NCBI GenBank assembly: GCA_963804165.1
Contig: CAWDPO010000026.1
Span: forward strand, 1 to 33,535
DNA: 33,535 bases
Origin: an uncultured delta proteobacterium
GTDB lineage: Bacteria; Desulfobacterota; Binatia; UBA9968
Reading direction: 5' to 3'
Shown here in pieces: positions 28,470 through 33,535 of this stretch. The notes beneath the pieces were generated by a model, which made no database searches, had not been told where the DNA came from, and saw nothing but the letters and a program-made list of their open reading frames with translations. The translations under genes and the position numbers were made by a program. The first letter of the stretch is position 1; each line of letters starts with the position of its first letter.

Positions 28470-28693
28470 CTTTGGCATGTTAAGTTTGCCAAGGGCGGAA
28501 AGAAATTCTCTTGGAGAATTTTCCTTTACGCCTTGTGACTGGTGCGGACCCAGTTCTGACACCGACCGAAAAGAAAACAGGGGCGCGTCACTTAGACGAT
28601 CAAGCGCTGAGAGGTTCATTCAACCGGAGATGAAGGAAGATTCTTTTCTGCCGGAATGTTTGTGCCCACTTGAAACGGCCGGCTAATGGGTGA
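28470..28693 (+). mobile_element. Orphan 3' non-coding end of IS1111-type element
   Basis: Aligns with ~26550-26782 (GTGACTGGTGCGGACC, ACCGACCGA, GAAAACAGGGGCGCGT, CCGGCTAATGGGTGA|CCCC). Confidence 0.88.
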
Positions 28694-28726
28694 CCCCTAC
28701 GTTGCTCAAAAACAGGTTAGCCGGTG

Positions 28727-29731
28727 TTAAAGCGAGAGGATTGCGTTGATGATGTATTTGGCTGCGAAATTCCCTACCAACAGCAACCAGTGCTCCTGCT
28801 GGCGCACCATCCGTCTCCAGAAGAAGGCGAACTCGGGCCGATCGCTGAGATATTTCGAGTACAAGCGCCCGAATCCTCGCATGATCTCCGCCCTTGACGG
28901 CGCTAGAGCGGCGTGGATCTCGATAAGCAGCCTTCCCCGTTCATCGCAGAAAGCGAAACACGGAAGGACCGGGGCTTGCAGAATTTCCAGGATTTGAAAG
29001 GTAGCCGGATCAAGAAAGAATCTTTTGTAGAAGAAGTCGATTTCAAGTTCAGATTTGCCGTTGGGGAAACCCCTAACCAGAAGATGAAGGACCTCATTTC
29101 TCCTTATGACGGAACGCATACGCTGCAGCGCCTGCATGTGTTCCGGTACATCACGTCCCAAAGTGATATAAGATAGGTTTTCAGAAGGCGATCCTTGACC
29201 GACTCTCCTGCTTTGGTCATGTCTACGGAGCCGCACAACCCTGTTGTATTTGTAGCCCTTTTGACTGAGCACCGGCGCAACCATGTCCGTGAATCCGTGC
29301 GCATGACCGGATAACAGGACGGCACCCTTGCCGTCGGACAACGCGCTCGCAAGATGATCTTCGCCTTCTATCTGAACGTATCTTTGGTGGCGTATCTCCC
29401 AATGGGCCCATCCGTGAAACAAAGCGAGCTGCCACTTCCTATTGCGAATATTTCTTTTGATTATGGCTGGAAGCTCGGAGCTTGGAAATTTTGCCTCAAT
29501 GGCTCGTCGCATATATCGCACGCGCCGGCGGTCGGGCGGGTAGACGTAATAGGCTATTCCAGCTACCGCTTGGATCCAGTTGAAGTAGGCTGCCGGGCCG
29601 ATTCGTTCGGCCAGCCAACGCAGTCCCGGCATTCTATGAAGGAGGTACGAGGACCGAATCCAAGAAAGCTTTTCGTTTATTCTCATGCGCTGTTTCGACC
29701 TACTCGCTGCGTCCGGGAGCACGGTGCTCAC
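28727..29731 (-). CDS. Lysophospholipid acyltransferase superfamily protein (LpxL/HtrB-like)
   Basis: VQIEGEDHL..AL..GKGAVLLSGH, V.FF, APVLP.F, Y....P..W pattern; catalytic motif atypical (HAHGFTD). Confidence 0.72.
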   Translation of the reverse strand: MSTVLPDAASRSKQRMRINEKLSWIRSSYLLHRMPGLRWLAERIGPAAYFNWIQAVAGIAYYVYPPDRRRVRYMRRAIEAKFPSSELPAIIKRNIRNRKWQLALFHGWAHWEIRHQRYVQIEGEDHLASALSDGKGAVLLSGHAHGFTDMVAPVLSQKGYKYNRVVRLRRHDQSRRVGQGSPSENLSYITLGRDVPEHMQALQRMRSVIRRNEVLHLLVRGFPNGKSELEIDFFYKRFFLDPATFQILEILQAPVLPCFAFCDERGRLLIEIHAALAPSRAEIMRGFGRLYSKYLSDRPEFAFFWRRMVRQQEHWLLLVGNFAAKYIINAILSL

Positions 29732-30104
29732 TCAGAGACATTTGTAGCTCGTCAGGCAACCCGGATCGTCCTCGCAGTCGGACAAAGAATCAGCATGAGT
29801 CGTCTCAGGCGCTTCCCGGATCAGAACAAGATCACGGGACAAGGATTGTCGAGTCCAGAGCGTCCGGAGTCGTGGATCTGGCCCGTTTGACCGCGGGGTC
29901 TTGACTGATTGGGTTGCAAAGGCACAATTGCTCGCTATAAGGTTTCAGCTCCTGGATGCCTCTCCCTCAGTTCATGAACGATTGGCTCGGGATCGAATTG
30001 GAACACGGCCAGCAAGAGGGTCGGTTGATGTGGTTAAGGCACCGCAAAGTTAGCTCGTAGCCCTGAACATGTTTGTACGTTGATGCAAAGATAGCTTGAA
30101 TTCT

Positions 30105-31628
30105 ATGACTGAAGGTCCATCCGCGCAAACCGTTGCTCAAGCGGATCCGAACCGAGCCGGTTGTGGAACCCTTTTTTCCATTCTTCGAGACGCCGCTGCA
30201 ACTTCGCCTGAGCAAGCGGCGCTGGTTCATGACGGCCAGAGTTTGCGCTACCGAGACCTTTATTCCGCCGCCGAGACGCTCGCATGTGAATTGAAAAAGG
30301 CGGGCGTTAGCGCCGGAGACCTAGTGGGCCTCATCGCTGCGAGCACCGCGGCATACATGACTATGTTCTTCGCCGTCGCGCGCATCGGCGCGATCGCTGT
30401 TCCTATTCCGCGCGGCTCAAAGCCGAGTGAGGTCGCTGATTTGGCGGATCAAATAAACTTAAATGTCTTTTGTTATTCCCGGAAGTTTGCGTCGCTCATT
30501 CCTGATGGCCCTATGGAAGGGGCCGTGGAACTGACGCCGGAATTGGCGGATCGCGAAGCTCTCTCGATAAGGCGACACGGCATCGGAGAAACCCTCGACG
30601 CCAAGCGCGAGATGCTCTTAAAGGCGTCGGTCGGCATGATTCGTTTCAGTTCCGGCACGACAGGCAAGTCCAAAGGGATTATGCTGTCGACACCTGCGAT
30701 CTTGGCGCGCGCGAAAGCGTTTTCTTTTGCCTACAGTCTCACGAAGAGCTCGTGCATGCTTCATCTTCTTTCGGCAGAACTCGCTACTCCCACTTTGTTG
30801 GGTTGTATGTTACAAGCAGCAACCGTTGTCTTAGAAGACATTCACAGGCTGGAGTCGATTGCCCAGTTGATTCGAATGCATGGAGTCACTCACATCCATG
30901 CTTCACCGCTGTTTTACGGAATGATTGTCGGCAGCGGGGCGATTAACGCCGATGATCTTCGCGGCGTGAGATATGTCATCAGCACCGGAGCGCCGCTAGC
31001 TGTCCCGGTCGCAACGGCTTTTAGTGACAAATTTGCTCGTGAAATATTTCAGTATTATGCATTGGCGGAATGTGGCACTGTCTTCGCCAATACTAGCCGA
31101 GACGTGGCCAAGCGAGGGACCTCAGGTGTGCTTGTGCCTGGGTCCGACGTCAAGCTGGTGAATTCGACAGGATCTGGCGTTTATGAATTCGGCGAGCTCC
31201 TGGTTAAGGGTTCGGGGCTTTTCGAAGGTTACTACCGGCCGTGGAGGTTGGGAAACGAAGTTCTGGAGGACGGGTGGTTCAGAACCGGTGATGTCGCTAG
31301 GCGGGACGCGGATGGGTATTACTGGATTGTCGGCCGCACGAAGGATGTGATCAATGTGGGCGCCGTCAAAGTATTCCCGGATGAAATCGAGGAAGTGCTC
31401 CTGAGTCATCCCGCAGTGGGAGAGGCTGTAGTCTTCGGGGCTTCAGATCCCAGGTTTGGAGAGGTCCCCAGGGCAAAAGTAGTTCTGGATCCCGGCTCAA
31501 CCTGCACGGAGAAGGAGTTGATCGACTTCAGCAATCAGAGATTGTCCGTGTTCAAGAGGCTGCGGTCCATTGAGATCGTTCTCGAACTCCCGAAGACGGC
31601 CACGGGGAAATTGAAACGTAGCGTTTGA
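30105..31628 (+). CDS. Class I adenylate-forming enzyme (acyl-CoA/acyl-ACP ligase family)
   Basis: FSSGTTGKSKG, STGAPL, YALAE, GELLVKG, GWFRTGD, GRTKDVI, LPKTATGK. Confidence 0.92.
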   Translation: MTEGPSAQTVAQADPNRAGCGTLFSILRDAAATSPEQAALVHDGQSLRYRDLYSAAETLACELKKAGVSAGDLVGLIAASTAAYMTMFFAVARIGAIAVPIPRGSKPSEVADLADQINLNVFCYSRKFASLIPDGPMEGAVELTPELADREALSIRRHGIGETLDAKREMLLKASVGMIRFSSGTTGKSKGIMLSTPAILARAKAFSFAYSLTKSSCMLHLLSAELATPTLLGCMLQAATVVLEDIHRLESIAQLIRMHGVTHIHASPLFYGMIVGSGAINADDLRGVRYVISTGAPLAVPVATAFSDKFAREIFQYYALAECGTVFANTSRDVAKRGTSGVLVPGSDVKLVNSTGSGVYEFGELLVKGSGLFEGYYRPWRLGNEVLEDGWFRTGDVARRDADGYYWIVGRTKDVINVGAVKVFPDEIEEVLLSHPAVGEAVVFGASDPRFGEVPRAKVVLDPGSTCTEKELIDFSNQRLSVFKRLRSIEIVLELPKTATGKLKRSV

Positions 31629-31647
31629 TCGTTCTAGCAAGGGAGGC

Positions 31648-31881
31648 ATGGACCGACGCATGTCGAGAGAGCGAGTGCTGAGAGTGGTCGAGTCGATTTT
31701 AGGCCCCGACCATAATGGGGATGGAGCGAGCCTCGAACTGGAGTCTATGAAAATGCTCGAGTTGGTCGTGGCAATCGAGCAGGAGTTCGGAATACAGATT
31801 CCTGATGACGCTACAATAGCCGATATCATGTCATCGGTCGACACGATCGTCACATACCTTGATAACAACCGTATCGGATAG
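31648..31881 (+). CDS. Acyl carrier protein
   Basis: GGAGG RBS; LELESMKMLELVVAIEQEFGIQIPDD with Ser at phosphopantetheine position (ES rather than DS). Confidence 0.85.
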   Translation: MDRRMSRERVLRVVESILGPDHNGDGASLELESMKMLELVVAIEQEFGIQIPDDATIADIMSSVDTIVTYLDNNRIG

Positions 31882-31959
31882 CTCTCACCGCCTCTACACG
31901 TGATATGTAGGAGTAGCCACGAAGTAGCCACGAAGGGTCTACCATCGGAATTTAGCAGG

Positions 31960-32160
31960 TAGCAGGATCTAAAAGAATCCTGTAAAGAAATTCTTGACGA
32001 GGGTGTGGCTCTTGGGGTCAGTGGCCTGTTCATTCAGGCTCACCCAGTCTGAAATGCCGCCCTCGTCACCTGCATCATCCGAGGGTCGACCGGGATGGTG
32101 CCATATTCTCTTACCAGAATACGTGGCTCTGTAAGTAGACGAGACCGAAGGATGATGAAA
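31960..32160 (+). ncRNA. Predicted bridge RNA (5' stem-loop, target-binding loop, donor-binding loop)
   Basis: CAGGAT/ATCCTG hairpin; stem 31995-32005/32058-32068; stem 32073-32087/32143-32157; guides CGGGATG-GT and CGTGGCT match the element's own ends. Confidence 0.82.
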
Positions 32161-32185
32161 ACTCGATCTACGAAGGAGGAGCTAC

Positions 32186-33469
32186 GTGTCAGAAGAAAAG
32201 CCTTTAGAACTGAGAGTCAGTGTGGACGTGGGATACCGTCGTCACAGTGTAGCGATGGGGTTATCCAGCGGCGAGGTGCTCGAAGAGTTCGAAGTCGATC
32301 ACCGGATCGAGGGTTTTCAAGAGTTCTTTTCTCGTATCGAGAGGCAACGTAAGACAAGGAACTGTCCGGTAGCCGTAGCCATGGAAGGTTACAACGGCTA
32401 CGCGCGGCCACTGGATAGCATGGTCCGTCAACGGGGCTACCGGCTTTATAATCTCAATAACTTAAAGTTTGCCCGGTTCAAGGAGATCTTTCCCGCAGCC
32501 GCCAAAAGTGACCGTATCGATGCGCGCAAGGGATTGGAGCTGTTTCAGTTGAGCGATCATCTGCCGTTGGCCAAAGAAGTGCTTCAGGAAGTCACTGGGA
32601 CACCGCCCGAGAATGAAGTCCTCAAACGATTAACGCGGCGCCGGCGACGATTAGTCAACGAGCGGGTGCGAGTGGTGAACAGTCTACAGGCCGATCTGCA
32701 AGCGGTGTGCCCTGGTTTGTTAGAGATCACTGGAGAAGCGAGCAATCAGTGGTTTTTAAATTTTCTTCTCAGCGCGGACACCCTGCCTCAGCTGGCCCGG
32801 TTACGGCGCAGCACAGTGCTGAAGATCCCCTCGGTGGGAGTGAAGTGTGCTGCCACTATCGAGGCCTGGCAGAAGCGTGCCCATTTTAGCCAAGAGGTTA
32901 AGTGGGTCGGCGAGATGATCCAAGAAGATGCCAAGCGGTGTCTCGAACTCGATGAAAAGATCAAACGGTTGGAAACCAAGATCGCCGAGGTTGCTAAGAA
33001 CTCCAAGATCGCCAAGATTTTACGATCGATTCCAGGGTTTGGTGCCGTGTGTACTTCAGAGTTGGCCGGAGAGATTGGAACCATTGAGCGGTTTGCCTCC
33101 GAAGGAAGTATTTCGTTGTATCTCGGCATGTCCACGTTGGACAACAGCTCGGGGAAGTATCAGGGAACTAAAGCACCCAAGCACGTGAACACTCGCGCCA
33201 AGGCAGCGATGATGATCGCCTTGGATCGGCATCGAAAGTACGTGCCGGAGTCGCAAAGATACTATGAAAAGAAGCGCAGCGAGGGAAAGAAACACAACCA
33301 GGCGATTCGAGCTCTAGGTCGGCACTTGTCCCGGATCATTTACAAAATGCTCACCGAAGAACGCGAGTACCAGATACGCCCCGAAAAAGGGAATACCAAG
33401 GCCAAGGTCAAATCGAGAGCGTTCGTTAAAACGCAAATACGGAGGCCGAAACTCTCGGCGAAGTCTTAA
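32186..33469 (+). CDS. IS110-family DEDD transposase/recombinase
   Basis: AAGGAGG RBS, GTG start; VSVDVG, VAMEG, KSDRIDA, LRSIPGFG, SSGK, ALGRHL; intact 427 aa. Confidence 0.95.
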   Translation: MSEEKPLELRVSVDVGYRRHSVAMGLSSGEVLEEFEVDHRIEGFQEFFSRIERQRKTRNCPVAVAMEGYNGYARPLDSMVRQRGYRLYNLNNLKFARFKEIFPAAAKSDRIDARKGLELFQLSDHLPLAKEVLQEVTGTPPENEVLKRLTRRRRRLVNERVRVVNSLQADLQAVCPGLLEITGEASNQWFLNFLLSADTLPQLARLRRSTVLKIPSVGVKCAATIEAWQKRAHFSQEVKWVGEMIQEDAKRCLELDEKIKRLETKIAEVAKNSKIAKILRSIPGFGAVCTSELAGEIGTIERFASEGSISLYLGMSTLDNSSGKYQGTKAPKHVNTRAKAAMMIALDRHRKYVPESQRYYEKKRSEGKKHNQAIRALGRHLSRIIYKMLTEEREYQIRPEKGNTKAKVKSRAFVKTQIRRPKLSAKS

Positions 33470-33535
33470 AGTCGAAAGTCTACGAGCAGAATACCGAAAA
33501 ATCGGCTCCATCCGCTTGAAATTTTCAGCGGGATG

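Larger units (their letters stand above)
31924..33535 (+). mobile_element. IS110-family element, IS110 type (long 5' non-coding end); right end at window edge
   Basis: Left end GT-AGCCACG, ~260-nt leader, intact transposase, short right end with TTGAAA (33516-33521) ending CGGGATG. Confidence 0.85.

Noticed and set aside
654-28693. Classical integron with attC sites
   Set aside because: No tyrosine integrase, genes are in both orientations, and no RYYYAAC...GTTRRRY boxed hairpins were found at gene ends.
51-33511. Numerous antisense/overlapping ORFs and N-terminal extensions in the ORF track (e.g. 5234, 10391, 18973, 25265 starts)
   Set aside because: They are shadows of recognisable genes or run through repeats; internal starts with RBS or signal peptides fit better.

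Overview
A 33.5-kb bacterial accessory region. Gene content (TctC/Bug and NitT/TauT binding proteins, stand-alone adenylation-carrier proteins, dense short intergenic repeats) resembles Candidatus Binatia/Deltaproteobacteria; this taxonomy is inference only. Unrelated 1-3 gene blocks are separated by co-oriented relics of HUH/Y1 (RAYT/TnpA-REP-like) transposase loci and by GGTCCGACCC / GACCTGACCCC / GCCTGTCCCC end motifs. The blocks are: RidA plus two cyclase-fold genes, dCTP deaminase, lytic transglycosylase, polysaccharide-lyase-like protein, MBL hydrolase-TctC-DUF4189, DUF1566, two copies of a TIR-TM-F5/8C gene, an AlaRS-like/A-T pair, HpaB, an SH3 protein, a PstS-like protein and acyltransferase/AMP-ligase/ACP. 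There are two IS110-family elements whose non-coding guide RNAs can be read from the sequence. One is IS1111-type (25.2-26.8 kb), with a long 3' RNA, inserted in the RAYT-end motif GACC-TGA-CCCC. The other is IS110-type (31.9-33.5 kb), with a 5' bridge RNA whose donor guides match its own ends and whose target guide reads GGGGTCA. The best candidates for an undescribed system are (i) a truncated, pocket-altered alanyl-tRNA-synthetase paralog coupled to an A-T didomain and (ii) a RAYT-end/IS110-driven gene-cassette patchwork. Several genes have frameshifts that may be real decay or sequencing errors. All alignments were done by eye; no searches were run.
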